Source: a bacterium
GTDB lineage: Bacteria; Bacteroidota; Bacteroidia; Bacteroidales; FEN-979
NCBI GenBank assembly: GCA_037141055.1
Contig: JBAXDH010000001.1
Location: forward strand, 9,301-73,300
Reading direction: 5' to 3'
Length of the DNA stretch: 64,000 nt
This document shows, piece by piece, positions 1-10,000 of the stretch (positions within the stretch are counted from its first letter, which is position 1; every line of letters starts with the position of its first letter). Under the pieces are notes generated by a model. That model searched no databases, was not told the DNA's origin, and was given only the letters and a program-made list of their open reading frames with translations. The position numbers were made by a program, and so were the translations under genes.

Positions 1-1
1 G

Positions 2-142
2 ACTGTTTTTCCATCCTTTGCATTTTTTTGTAACCATCCCCAATACATAAAGGATCCGTACAAGCGTTTTATTGAGAACAAGCTCCGGGAGAAATTTGAT
101 TTCAACGGAGCTCCGATGGAAATTTATTTCCGGCAAAAATAA
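2..142 (+). CDS. der: 3' end of GTPase Der/EngA (5' part lies outside the window)
   Basis: Frame 2 reads [46 protein letters not shown]. This fits the conserved C-terminal KH-like tail of Der (YKRYLEN..RE.F.F.G.P..I.FR). Confidence 0.7.
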   Translation, partial: TVFPSFAFFCNHPQYIKDPYKRFIENKLREKFDFNGAPMEIYFRQK

Positions 143-148
143 TTTTTA

Positions 149-535
149 ATGGAGCCTGGGATCCGCATCGATAAATGGCTTTGGGCCGTCAGGATTTTCA
201 AAACGAGAAGTCTCGCCTCGGAAGCCTGCCGGTCGGGGAAAGTGAAAATCCTGGATCATGCCGTGAAGCCGTCGAGGGATATAAAAAACGGGGAGGTAAT
301 TTCAATATTCCTGCCACCGATAACCCGGACTGTCAAAATCCTTGCCCTCCTCGGGAACCGTGTTTCGGCGAAACTTGTACCGGATTTCATGGAAGATCTT
401 ACACCGGAAGCCGAATATCAGAAACTTAAAAAGCCGGGGGAAGCGAATTTCGAATTCCGTGAACGCGGAATCGGGCGCCCCACCAAGCGTGAGCGCCGGG
501 AAATTGAATTTCTAAAACTGTATCTCGACGAATGA
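149..535 (+). CDS. S4-domain RNA-binding protein (Hsp15/HslR-like)
   Basis: 128 aa. The N-terminus IRIDKWLWAVRIFKTRSLASEACRSGKVKI is a typical S4 alpha-L motif as in ribosome-associated heat-shock protein Hsp15. Confidence 0.8.
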   Translation: MEPGIRIDKWLWAVRIFKTRSLASEACRSGKVKILDHAVKPSRDIKNGEVISIFLPPITRTVKILALLGNRVSAKLVPDFMEDLTPEAEYQKLKKPGEANFEFRERGIGRPTKRERREIEFLKLYLDE

Positions 536-1317
536 CAGGCGAACGCTTTCCGGGATTGGATGAACTGGCTTTTGAAGGCAGAAATAAGGCCTATGGTGCT
601 TATTACTTCCGGAAGAGTTATCCGAAGCATTTGCTCATCTCGGTTGTTTCAGGGATCATCATCGTAACGCTTTCAGTGCTGGTTTCGTGGCTGACATACT
701 ATTTTGAACCCGCCGGGCTGGTTGAAGGGGAAGTGCTGTACGACATGGAATACTATAGCATGAGTGCCCCGCCGGATGATGAAACCAGCAAGGTTGCCAT
801 GGCATTTGCGAAACCCGAGGAGGAAACACTGAAGGTGCCGGTGGTGACGGATTCGGTGCGCAGGGAAGAACCGAAACCAATCACTGAAACCCCTGAAAAA
901 CCCGATGATGTGAAGTCAAATACCGACTCGGCAGCAAAACCCGGGGGTTCGGGGCTGGGAGAAGGAGTGGGGGAGGATACAGGACTTGCCACCAACATCG
1001 ATGTTTATCCGCGCTACCCCGGCGGCGATGATGCCAGGCTGTTTTACCTCCGCCGGCAGGTCAGGTATCCTGAAGCAGCTTTGAAAGCGCAGATCCAGGG
1101 CGTGGTAAAAGTAACATTTGTTGTTGAAATTGACGGTACAATCTCCCATGTGGAGGTCGCCAACCGCATTGGCGGCGGATGCGATGAAGAGGCGATCAGG
1201 GTGACGAAGGAGATGCCCCGCTGGGATCCTGCAAAACGAAACGGACGCCCGGTGCGTTTCCTCGTCCGGATGCCCATCCTTTTCCGGATCCCGGGAAAAA
1301 CGGCCATAGGGAAATAA
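532..1317 (+). CDS. TonB-family energy transducer
   Basis: ATGA overlap with the upstream stop. It has an N-terminal TM segment and a Pro/Glu/Lys-rich linker. The C-terminal TonB domain reads YPEAALKAQIQGVVKVTFVVEIDGTISHVEV...AKRNGRPVRF. Confidence 0.8.
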   Translation: MTGERFPGLDELAFEGRNKAYGAYYFRKSYPKHLLISVVSGIIIVTLSVLVSWLTYYFEPAGLVEGEVLYDMEYYSMSAPPDDETSKVAMAFAKPEEETLKVPVVTDSVRREEPKPITETPEKPDDVKSNTDSAAKPGGSGLGEGVGEDTGLATNIDVYPRYPGGDDARLFYLRRQVRYPEAALKAQIQGVVKVTFVVEIDGTISHVEVANRIGGGCDEEAIRVTKEMPRWDPAKRNGRPVRFLVRMPILFRIPGKTAIGK

Positions 1318-1345
1318 AAAAAGAGGCGGGAAGCCTCTTTTTCAT
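1315..1345. terminator. bidirectional rho-independent terminator between convergent genes
   Basis: aaaaAAGAGGCgggaaGCCTCTTtttc: a 7-bp GC-rich stem with a 5-nt loop, an A-run on one side and a T-run on the other. Confidence 0.6.
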
Positions 1346-1361
1346 TCTGATAAAAATAGGA

Positions 1362-1607
1362 TTATTTCTTTTCAGGAGCAGTTGTTGCAGGAGCAGCTTT
1401 TTTGCTGTCTTTTGCGCAACAGCTCGAACCTTTTTTGGCTTCGCTGCACGACGCTTTGGTTTTCTTGTCGCAACCGGCTTTTTCGTCTTTGGAACATTCT
1501 TTTTTATCGCCGGATTTTGCAGCTTTATCCTGTGTTTGAGGTGTCTGGGCAAAAGTTAATCCTGCAAACAGAACAACTGCTGAGAATAACAAAACAACTT
1601 TTTTCAT
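1362..1607 (-). CDS. small secreted Lys/Cys-rich protein (hypothetical)
   Basis: 81 aa with Sec signal MKKVVLLFSAVVLFAGLTFAQ. The mature part has 16 Lys and 5 Cys in 60 residues and ends ...SSCCAKDSKK.... It was preferred over overlapping ORFs because of the clean signal peptide and the terminator placement. Confidence 0.55.
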   Translation of the reverse strand: MKKVVLLFSAVVLFAGLTFAQTPQTQDKAAKSGDKKECSKDEKAGCDKKTKASCSEAKKGSSCCAKDSKKAAPATTAPEKK

Positions 1608-1729
1608 GGTATCAGGGTTTAGTTAAAGTGATAACTTATTTAGAATACTGCAAAATTACATCAAGTTTTTAATATAAACAACGCCTGCCTGTTAATTTAT
1701 TGTTAAGGGCGTAAAGGTTTTTACAGAGC

Positions 1730-2182
1730 CTATTCTTTATCACGGGTATCGATGATGATGGTGACAGGACCATCATTCAGCAGGTTCACTTTCATCATGG
1801 CGCCAAATTTTCCGGTTTGGACTTTTTTCCCCAGGAGGTGCTCGGCCGAGCGGATAAACGCTTCATACAGCGGGATGGCGGTTGCAGTCCCGGCGGCCCG
1901 GATATAGGAGGGCCGGTTCCCTTTTTTTGTGCTGGCATGAAGGGTAAACTGGCTGACGATCAGCAAATCACCCCCGGTTTCGAGGAGGGAACAGTTCATG
2001 ACCCCGTTCGGGTCGTTGAAGATCCTTAAATTAGCTATTTTGGCGCTTAACCATTCAATGTCGGGGTTCCCGTCGCATTCCTCAATTCCCAGGAAAACCA
2101 GTAAACCCTGGTCAATCTGGCCCGAAATTTCAGTCCCGATGGTGACCGATGCCTGTGTAACCCGTTGAATGACTGCCCGCAA
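1730..2182 (-). CDS. dtd: D-aminoacyl-tRNA deacylase
   Basis: 150 aa. MRAVIQRV..A.V....GLLVFLGIE...SQFTL...G.RPS is the canonical Dtd signature and length. Confidence 0.9.
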   Translation of the reverse strand: MRAVIQRVTQASVTIGTEISGQIDQGLLVFLGIEECDGNPDIEWLSAKIANLRIFNDPNGVMNCSLLETGGDLLIVSQFTLHASTKKGNRPSYIRAAGTATAIPLYEAFIRSAEHLLGKKVQTGKFGAMMKVNLLNDGPVTIIIDTRDKE

Positions 2183-2335
2183 TGGTTATTTTTTATTTCA
2201 GAGAAACGCAACGTCGCGCCGTTGTCAAAAATAGAAAAAAGCCGGTTACATTGCCCGGTTGCTTTATTTTTTGCATGCATTTTTTGCATTTTGACGTTTC
2301 ATTTTTATCGTAGCTTTGCACCATACAATCGGAAA

Positions 2336-3052
2336 ATGACCAAACTGAGCGTCAATATCAACAAAATAGCGACTCTTCGGAATGCACGCGGGGGCGATCT
2401 GCCAAATGTGGTGCGTACCGCCCTGAACTGCGAGCGCTTCGGAGCCCAGGGAATCACGGTTCATCCCCGGCCGGATGAGCGGCACATAACCTATAAGGAT
2501 GTTCTGGATCTGAAACCGGTGCTGACTACTGAATTTAATATCGAGGGTTACCCGTCGCGGTCATTCATCGACCTGGTGATCAGCGTGAAGCCGGCACAGG
2601 TTACCCTGGTTCCTGATCCTCCGGGAGTTCTCACATCAAATGCCGGATGGGATACTGTTCAGCATGAGTCATTTTTGCGGTCGGTCGTAGAGGAGTTTCA
2701 TCAGCACGGAATCCGTACATCCATTTTTATTGAAACAGACCACGCAATGATCCGGAATGCCAGAAAAACAGGGACCGACCGGATTGAACTTTACACGGAG
2801 TTCTATGCAAGGAATTATCCGTCGGGGCGGGAAGAGGCGGTCAGACCATTTGTAAGCGCGGCGGTCACGGCAATGGAAGCAGGGCTGGGCATCAATGCAG
2901 GCCATGATCTCAACCTTGAAAATCTGAAGTTTTTTGCGGCGACCGTGCCCGGGTTGCTTGAAGTCTCCATCGGCCATGCCCTGATCTGCGATGCCCTCAA
3001 TTTCGGCCTGGAAAACACGATACAATTGTACCGGCGGCAGTTACAGAAATAA
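2336..3052 (+). CDS. pdxJ: pyridoxine 5'-phosphate synthase
   Basis: [21 protein letters not shown]....A......[15 protein letters not shown] and a C-terminal EVSIGHALI. The ATG at 2336 was chosen over the 2165 ORF start, whose extension has no homology signal. Confidence 0.9.
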   Translation: MTKLSVNINKIATLRNARGGDLPNVVRTALNCERFGAQGITVHPRPDERHITYKDVLDLKPVLTTEFNIEGYPSRSFIDLVISVKPAQVTLVPDPPGVLTSNAGWDTVQHESFLRSVVEEFHQHGIRTSIFIETDHAMIRNARKTGTDRIELYTEFYARNYPSGREEAVRPFVSAAVTAMEAGLGINAGHDLNLENLKFFAATVPGLLEVSIGHALICDALNFGLENTIQLYRRQLQK

Positions 3053-3074
3053 CATACGATATCAGAATCACCAC

Positions 3075-4328
3075 GTGCAAAACATAAAACCGGCATTATT
3101 CGCAGCATTCATGTTACTGGGTTCATTCACAGGCTATTCCGAAAAAAAACCGGGCAGCCTGGAAAAGAAAGCATCGGAGATCCACCAGGCCGTTCTTACC
3201 CTCGATTCACACACGGACACACCCCTGCAGATGGTTCAGAAGGGGTTCGACATATCGGTAAGCCATGATGCGCGCAGGGACCATTCAAAAATCGATTTTC
3301 CGAGGATGAAGGAAGGCGGTCTTGACGGGGCGTTTTTCGGTGTGTTCGTTGCACAGGGGCCCCGGAATCCGGAAGCGTTCGAAAAGGTGAGACTGAGGAC
3401 CATCATGCTGTTTGATACCATCGCCGCCGCAGTTGGAAGGAACCGGAATCTTGCGGAACTGGCAGTCAACCCGGGTGATGCGATCCGGATTAAAAAAAGC
3501 GGGAAGCGTTCGGTTTTCATCGGGATTGAGAACGGGTATGCCATCGGCAAAGACCTGTCGCTCATCAGCACCTATTATCTGAGGGGTGCCCGGTATATTA
3601 CACTCTGCCATACGAAGAACAATGATATTTGCGATTCATCGACCGACAGCACCGAAAACAAAGGGCTCAGCCAGTTCGGTTATGAAGTGGTGCAGGAAAT
3701 GAACCATGTGGGAATGATGGTCGACGTTTCCCATATTTCCGACAAGGCGCTCACCGATGTGCTTGCATTTACAAAGGCACCGGTCATCGCATCCCACTCC
3801 TGTGCAAAGGCTCTCTGCAACAACCCGAGGAACCTCAGCGACCTGTTGCTGAAGGAAATTGCACGAAATGGCGGCGTTGTTCAAATGTGCATCCTGAGTG
3901 ATTACGTGAAAACCCCGGTACCCAACCACGCGAGGGATTCTGCAAGGGCCTCGGTACGGAAAAAATACCATGACTTTGACGGTTTGAATGAAGAAGAGAT
4001 GAAAATTGCCAGGAAGGAATGGAATGCCGTCGGCGACCGTTATCCCCAGGTACTGGCCACGGTGTCGGATGTTGTTGATCATATCGACCATATTGTTAAG
4101 GTAGCAGGAATTGACCATGTAGGTATCGGGACCGACTTTGATGGTGATGGCGGTGTGGATGGATGCTACGATGTGAGCGAAATGAAAAACATCACCGTTG
4201 AACTCGTAAAACGCGGGTACTCAAAGAATGAGATCCGGAAGATATGGGGAGGAAACCTCATGCGGGTCATGCGCAGGACCGATAACGTTTCCAGGAAATA
4301 CAAGCTCAGCTGCCGCTGCAACGGGTAA
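3075..4328 (+). CDS. membrane dipeptidase, peptidase family M19
   Basis: LDSHTDTPL, ITLCHTKNN, VDVSHIS, ASHSCAKALCNNPRNLSD and GIGTDFDG are M19 metal-ligand blocks. A GTG at 3075 gives a signal peptide and avoids overlap with pdxJ, but the start is uncertain (the ORF opens at 2991). Confidence 0.8.
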   Translation: MQNIKPALFAAFMLLGSFTGYSEKKPGSLEKKASEIHQAVLTLDSHTDTPLQMVQKGFDISVSHDARRDHSKIDFPRMKEGGLDGAFFGVFVAQGPRNPEAFEKVRLRTIMLFDTIAAAVGRNRNLAELAVNPGDAIRIKKSGKRSVFIGIENGYAIGKDLSLISTYYLRGARYITLCHTKNNDICDSSTDSTENKGLSQFGYEVVQEMNHVGMMVDVSHISDKALTDVLAFTKAPVIASHSCAKALCNNPRNLSDLLLKEIARNGGVVQMCILSDYVKTPVPNHARDSARASVRKKYHDFDGLNEEEMKIARKEWNAVGDRYPQVLATVSDVVDHIDHIVKVAGIDHVGIGTDFDGDGGVDGCYDVSEMKNITVELVKRGYSKNEIRKIWGGNLMRVMRRTDNVSRKYKLSCRCNG

Positions 4329-4414
4329 ACCAAATACATTCCGGCGTTTTCCGGGCTGGCGTACATTATTGATTTGACAATGCTCCCAAACAGGAAACAC
4401 TAAAAATAACAGGT

Positions 4415-4984
4415 ATGGAAACTTATAAGCAACCTCCCCCGAAAGAAGGATTTATTATTGTAAAAAGTTTTTGGTCAAGGCCCGCAGTTCGCTTCGGCTT
4501 TACATTTGTAGCGGGTATTTTTTTGGGATTCATGATTTTCAGCTTCCTGAAGGCTGATTTCATCGGATCCGGTGCCCCGCAGGCTGAGATGAAGGGCACG
4601 ATGTACAATTCCGGTTCGTTCGACAACATGAAAACGGCGGATGTGGTGCAATATGAAACTCCGGCGGTAAAGGCCCTTTTCAATGTGCGCTATTCATCCC
4701 AGATCGTTGAGGTAAGGGTGGACCTGTCTTCGGACGATTTTTTAAAAGCAACCATAGAATTCGATTATAACAACTTTGTCGTGCTGAACGTGCAGAATGT
4801 AAGCGTGAATGCACAGTCAGCAGCCATAGCCGCCGGCAATTTCATCCAGATGAACAATGTGGGGGATAATAAGTATATTTTTCAGTTGTTGAACAAAAAC
4901 AGCCTGTCCCATAATCTGAATGTGAAAATCTATCAGAACAATTCACCCATTTATCAGAATTCAATCCAGGTAAATAAAGAATAA
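4415..4984 (+). CDS. hypothetical single-pass membrane protein
   Basis: 189 aa with one TM segment (FGFTFVAGIFLGFMIFSFL) followed by a beta-rich N/Q/V-rich ectodomain. I recognise no family. Confidence 0.45.
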   Translation: METYKQPPPKEGFIIVKSFWSRPAVRFGFTFVAGIFLGFMIFSFLKADFIGSGAPQAEMKGTMYNSGSFDNMKTADVVQYETPAVKALFNVRYSSQIVEVRVDLSSDDFLKATIEFDYNNFVVLNVQNVSVNAQSAAIAAGNFIQMNNVGDNKYIFQLLNKNSLSHNLNVKIYQNNSPIYQNSIQVNKE

Positions 4985-5000
4985 CAAACCCGGGAAAAAT

Positions 5001-5924
5001 TTGACCACTGAATCCATTGACATCAAAGCATTCCGCTCCCTGCCCAAAAGCGATTTGCACAACCACTGCCTGCTGGGAGGCAAGCGATCGGTTATTGCAG
5101 CATTTTACGGCAGGAAGTTTGCGCCTTTTAAAGCAACGCAACCCGGCATTGGTGATCTGAACCGCTGGATCGGCTCGGAATTGCGCCCTTTTTTTCAATT
5201 GCCCGGGGCTTTCGGAAAAGCGGTGGAGGCAGCGTTCATCCAGGCAAAGTTTGATGGGGTGACGCGGCTTGAAATGAGCATTGACGTGATGTTTGGCAGC
5301 ATGTTCAATGTTCCGGCCGGGCAAGTTGTTGCCGCACTGGATCATTATCACAAGGCCATCGCTCTCGGAATCGAGTTCCTGCCGGAGTTGGGATTTCCAA
5401 GGAACAGGTCGCTGCGCACGCTGCTTTCCAACTTCGAGCCGTTCCTTGACTTCAATTATTTCAAATCGATTGATCTTTACGATGATGAATTTGCACAACC
5501 TGTCGAAAATTTCAGGGAATTATACCATTTTGCCCGGAAGGCCGGAATGAAATGCAAAGCCCATGCCGGCGAATTCGGTTCGGCCGATTCGGTGAGGAAG
5601 GCGGTGGAGATCCTTGAACTGGATGCCGTTCAGCACGGGATTGGTGCCGCCGGCAGTCCTGAAGTGATGAAATGGCTTGCCCTGAATAAAATACAGCTGA
5701 ATGTTTGCCCGACCAGCAATATCAGGTTGAAGCGGGTCAGGTCATTCAAAACCCATCCGGTAAGGATCCTTTTTGATAACGGGGTGAAGGTGACCGTAAA
5801 TACCGATGATGCCCTTGTTTTTGGTGACGGGGTTTCGGAACAATTTCTGAAATTATTTAAAGCCGGAGTTTTTAACCTGGAACAATTGAACCAGGTGCGG
5901 TTAAACGGAATCACCGGGCCCTGA
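5001..5924 (+). CDS. adenosine/adenine deaminase-family amidohydrolase
   Basis: DLHNHCLLGG (HxH metal site), KAHAGEFG, LDAVQHGIGA and VTVNTDDALVFG match the adenosine deaminase fold signature. The TTG start is unverified. Confidence 0.7.
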   Translation: MTTESIDIKAFRSLPKSDLHNHCLLGGKRSVIAAFYGRKFAPFKATQPGIGDLNRWIGSELRPFFQLPGAFGKAVEAAFIQAKFDGVTRLEMSIDVMFGSMFNVPAGQVVAALDHYHKAIALGIEFLPELGFPRNRSLRTLLSNFEPFLDFNYFKSIDLYDDEFAQPVENFRELYHFARKAGMKCKAHAGEFGSADSVRKAVEILELDAVQHGIGAAGSPEVMKWLALNKIQLNVCPTSNIRLKRVRSFKTHPVRILFDNGVKVTVNTDDALVFGDGVSEQFLKLFKAGVFNLEQLNQVRLNGITGP

Positions 5925-5974
5925 AAATGCATACATACATAGCTTGCAGATATGAAATTCTTAAAACCATAAAA

Positions 5975-7012
5975 ATGAAAAAACTATCTTTTGTAACAGC
6001 AAGCATTTTCGTAATGCTTGTTTTTGTCCTGTTTTCCTGCACCAAGAAATCTGATCCGGCACCGGACCCGGCGTTGAAAATCGGCCTGGTCGGAGGCCTG
6101 GGATCATTTTCCGACGCAGGGTTCAACCAGAACATTTATACCGGACTGCAACTGGCTACTGCCGATTTCCCGATTATCAGCGAAGCCCGCGAAAGTAAAA
6201 CGGTATCGGATATTTCAGCCAGCATCGATTATTTTATCGCCAAAGGGTTTAACCTGGTCATTACGGCCGGTTTTGATGCCGCCCAGGCGACCGTCACCGC
6301 CGCAAATGCAAATCCGGGAACAGATTTCCTGTTGGTGGATTATTCCGTTGCAAACCCTCCTTCAAACCTGTTGTGTGCTGTGTTTGATGTGGATCAAAGT
6401 TCATTCCCGTGCGGATTTCTTGCAGCCTACTGGGCCTATCGGCAAAAACCGTCAAACCCGGTTGCAGGTTACGTTGCAGGGCCGGCAATTCCGGCGATCC
6501 GCCAGTTTTCGGTCAGCTATGCCAACGGAATCAAATACTTCAACACACAATATCAGAAGAATGTTTTGTCGCTGGGTTATAATGCAACTTCATTTACCGA
6601 TACGCTGCAGGGCGCCAGGCTTGCCGACAGCCTGATGAACCGTAACGCTTCCGTGATTTTCGCTTTTGCAGGAACTACCGGGAACGGTGCATTGTACAAG
6701 GTGAAAGAATCAGGGAAATGGGCCATCGGGGTTGATGTAGACCAGTACATCTCCATTCCCCAGGTTGGACCGGTATTGCTGACTTCGTGCATGAAAGGGC
6801 TTGATGTGATGGTTTACGACGTCATTTATGATTACTATAATCTCTATTTTCCCGGGGGAACCGTGATTCATGGGGACCTGGCGAACGGAGGAGTGGCGAT
6901 CGCACCATTTCACGATTATGAAGCGCTTATTCCGGACAGCATCAAGGCAGCGATTGTAATCATTGAAGGCGGCATCAAAAACGGACAAATTAAGACCGGC
7001 TGGCCGGAATAA
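5975..7012 (+). CDS. BMP-family (Med/PnrA-like) substrate-binding lipoprotein
   Basis: Lipoprotein signal MKKLSFVTASIFVMLVFVLFSC. IGLVGGLGSFSDAGFNQ..YTGL and ...GVDVDQY... are typical of basic-membrane-protein nucleoside-binding proteins. Confidence 0.75.
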   Translation: MKKLSFVTASIFVMLVFVLFSCTKKSDPAPDPALKIGLVGGLGSFSDAGFNQNIYTGLQLATADFPIISEARESKTVSDISASIDYFIAKGFNLVITAGFDAAQATVTAANANPGTDFLLVDYSVANPPSNLLCAVFDVDQSSFPCGFLAAYWAYRQKPSNPVAGYVAGPAIPAIRQFSVSYANGIKYFNTQYQKNVLSLGYNATSFTDTLQGARLADSLMNRNASVIFAFAGTTGNGALYKVKESGKWAIGVDVDQYISIPQVGPVLLTSCMKGLDVMVYDVIYDYYNLYFPGGTVIHGDLANGGVAIAPFHDYEALIPDSIKAAIVIIEGGIKNGQIKTGWPE

Positions 7013-7041
7013 TCTGTTCGCGACAGGTTCCCGTAATTCGC

Positions 7042-10000
7042 CTACTGCTTTTTCCTGAATTTTACCTGTTCAAGAAACCCGATTGTTTTCCTCAGGGTGT
7101 CGTGAAGGAGTGCCAGGTAAAGAACGAACGACATCAGCCAGATGACGAAGAAGTTGAACCAGAATGTGTCGATTTTCCACGAACCGACGATTTTGACCGG
7201 GGCATAAAAATGAGCTCTTCCGTCATGCGAAAGGGGTTCCATGAAAACCGGGTCTTTCTTCTGGATTAACTTTCCGTTTTCTGCAATGATTTTGTTTTCG
7301 GCGCCCTTGTTCATAACCAGGTCGGCGAGATTGTCGTTGTAGTATTCCTGTTTGAACCGGTAAACCCCGTCGGCCCCAAGGCGGGTTCTGAGTTTTTCGT
7401 ATGCATCGTCGCGGCGGCCGGTTACGGCATTCAGCCGGGAAGAGTAAACCCTGGTCAATGAGTCGAGGTAGGACTTTGCACCCTGTACGATGGAATCATC
7501 CAGGAGTTTTTCGGATAATCCGCCCAGGTACGGGAATGATGCAAATCCGGCTTCTTTCTGCAATTCAGGGATTTCGTGCCTGAGAATATCCAGGTAATCC
7601 GATGTTTTCCCTGAATCAGTGTGCTTGAACAGGTTGCGCTGGCATTCGTCGAGTTCAGATTTCAGGGTGGGTATAACATATGATGTGATGTATGAATAGC
7701 GGGAAATCTCTTTGTCAAAAGGATAAAACACCTGCTCGTATTTATTGTTGCTGAATTGCTCCACGGCAAGCGCTTCAAAGGTCCACCGGGAGGTCATCAT
7801 GTTGCCGACGAGCGGAACATTTTCGCGCGATGCAATGGCAGGATTGAGGTAGTCGAATGGAACAACCGTGCCGCTTAGCAGCAGCTGGGGAACGATGATA
7901 AAGGGTATCAGGATGTATATTGCCACCACGGAATTCAACCCGGCAGAAATATTCAACCCCAGCATGTTGGCAAAACAGGAGGTGGCGAAGAGGATGAGCC
8001 AGTAGGCGAGTGTCATCCCGTGGATTCCCAGGATCAGGTTCCCGGCTACCACATACAGCAGCGACTGAATGGCGGAAAGAACGAAAAGAAGGATGATTTT
8101 TGAATTCAGGTAACTGAATTTGCTCAGGTGGAGGAATGCCTCCCGTTTGAGTATCCGCCGGTCTTTGATGATCTCCTCGGCGCTCACCATCATCCCGAGG
8201 AACAAGGAAACCACCACACTCATGAACAGGTATGGAACGAGGTTGCGGTTGTCGCCGAAAATATACTGTTCGCCGAATTTATAGCGCGTAAGATAAGCCA
8301 GCAGTGCGGCAAGCAATGGTGCCTCGAGCAGGTTGATGAGCATGTATTGCCTGTTTGTGATCTTGCACAGCAGGTTGCGGATGCTGAAAATTCTGAATTG
8401 CTTAAAGGTGCCCGGAATTTCGAAGAAGCAGCGGGGGAGCTCAAGTTTCTCATGCTTCCTGAGGAGCTTTGGCTGGACATTCTTACGGAAATGAGCGTAC
8501 CAGTCCTTCGGGGAGATCTTGCGGTGACCGGTCATTTTTCCGTATTCATCCACGGTTTTTGCCTCGGTGATCTGCAAAATCTGCTCGGGATTGACATACC
8601 CGCAACTGAGGCACTCGCTTTGTTCCGGGTTTACGAAATTGCTGATGGTTTTGAAATAGGTGAGAGCATCGATGGGATTCCCGTAATAAATCGGGTAACC
8701 GCCTTTGTCCATGATGAGCAGTTTGTCGAAAAGTTTGAAAATGTCCGACGACGGCTGATGGATGTTCACGATCACCAGTTTGCCCTTGAGGGTTTGTTCC
8801 TTCAGAAGGAGCATGACCATTTCTGAATCCATGGAAGAAAGCCCGGAGGTGGGTTCGTCGGCAAAAAGGATCGACGGCTCGCGGATCAGTTCCAGGGCGA
8901 TGTTCAGCCGCTTCCGCTGTCCGCCGCTGATGAATTTGTTGAGCGGATCGCCGACTTTGAGGTCTTTGCTTGAATTCAGGTCGATGTCTGCAAGCGTTTT
9001 GGAGACGGCCTTCCTGATCTGTTCGTCGCTGAACCCGTCGAAGCAGAGCCGGGCATTGTAGTACAGGTTCTGAAAAACGGTAAGTTCTTCGATGAGCAGG
9101 TCATCCTGTGGAACGAAACCGATGCTGCCCCGCAGCTTTTCAGCCTCCTTGCAGATATCCATGCCGTTGATCAGGATTTCACCTTTATCCAGTTGAATGT
9201 TTCCGTTCAGTACATTGAGCAGGGTTGATTTTCCAACGCCGCTGCCTCCCATTACGCCGATCAGTTCACCGGAAACAGCCTGGAAACTGAACGGCTGAAT
9301 GCCGTTTTTGCTGTTTTTGAAATGGAATTCGATTTCATTCGCCGTGTAAACGATCTGAACCTTTTCCCTGCTGAAAAGGAACTGGGAGATCAGGTCGGCA
9401 TGATAAACAGGGGTGATCTTCTGGCTCTTAAGGATGTAGCCTTTGTCGAAAAGGAAAGATCGGTAAGGTAAAACGGCATGACCGTTCAGAAACAGTTCAT
9501 CCGTTCCCAGGTACCTGCACAGGAATGTGCTGATCGACGGAATGTGCAGCACGAGGATCTTGCCGCTAAGCCGTTCGCGGGGCAGGAATTTAAACGCCGG
9601 GCCTGGATTCATATCTTCGGAAGCAATAATCATGAGGTTGCCCGTGAGCATGCCGGTAGTCTCAGGTTCAGTGGCAAACCGCAGTGTTTCGTCGAATTCG
9701 GGCCCGGTAAGGTTGAATGATGTCCCGATGGTCCTGATATAGCTGTCAGAGAGCTTCTCCACCTCGGGATGGTCGGTCAGCTGGGCCCTGAAACCTTCAT
9801 CGAGAAATTCGATAAATTTGATGAAAACAAGGATCTTGTCGCGCTGGTGGAGTCCTTTGTTCACCTTCGTGCAAAGTCCGGCGATCTGCATGTTCACATC
9901 CACCAGGGTGGCGTTGACATCCTCCGGCTGATGGAAAAAGAGGAGTTCGTCGAACAGCTTTAAATACTCGTTCAGCTCGCTTACATTCAGGTGTTGCCTG

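Noticed and set aside
1196-1552. 118-aa minus ORF and the 1382-1672 plus ORF overlapping the small Lys/Cys-rich gene
   Set aside because: Both are alternative frames of the same low-complexity stretch. They lack a signal peptide or sensible start, and one overlaps the tonB 3' end and the terminator. The 1362-1607 frame has a textbook signal peptide.
2165-2335. N-terminal extensions suggested by the ORF track: pdxJ from 2165, dipeptidase from 2991, the Cys-rich protein from 31708, cysteine synthase from 32820, DsrE-like from 33420, lptB from 40564, the lipoprotein from 47883 and GNAT-like paralogue 2 from 56718
   Set aside because: The extensions overlap neighbouring genes or add residues with no homology. 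Internal ATG or GTG starts give canonical N-termini or signal peptides.
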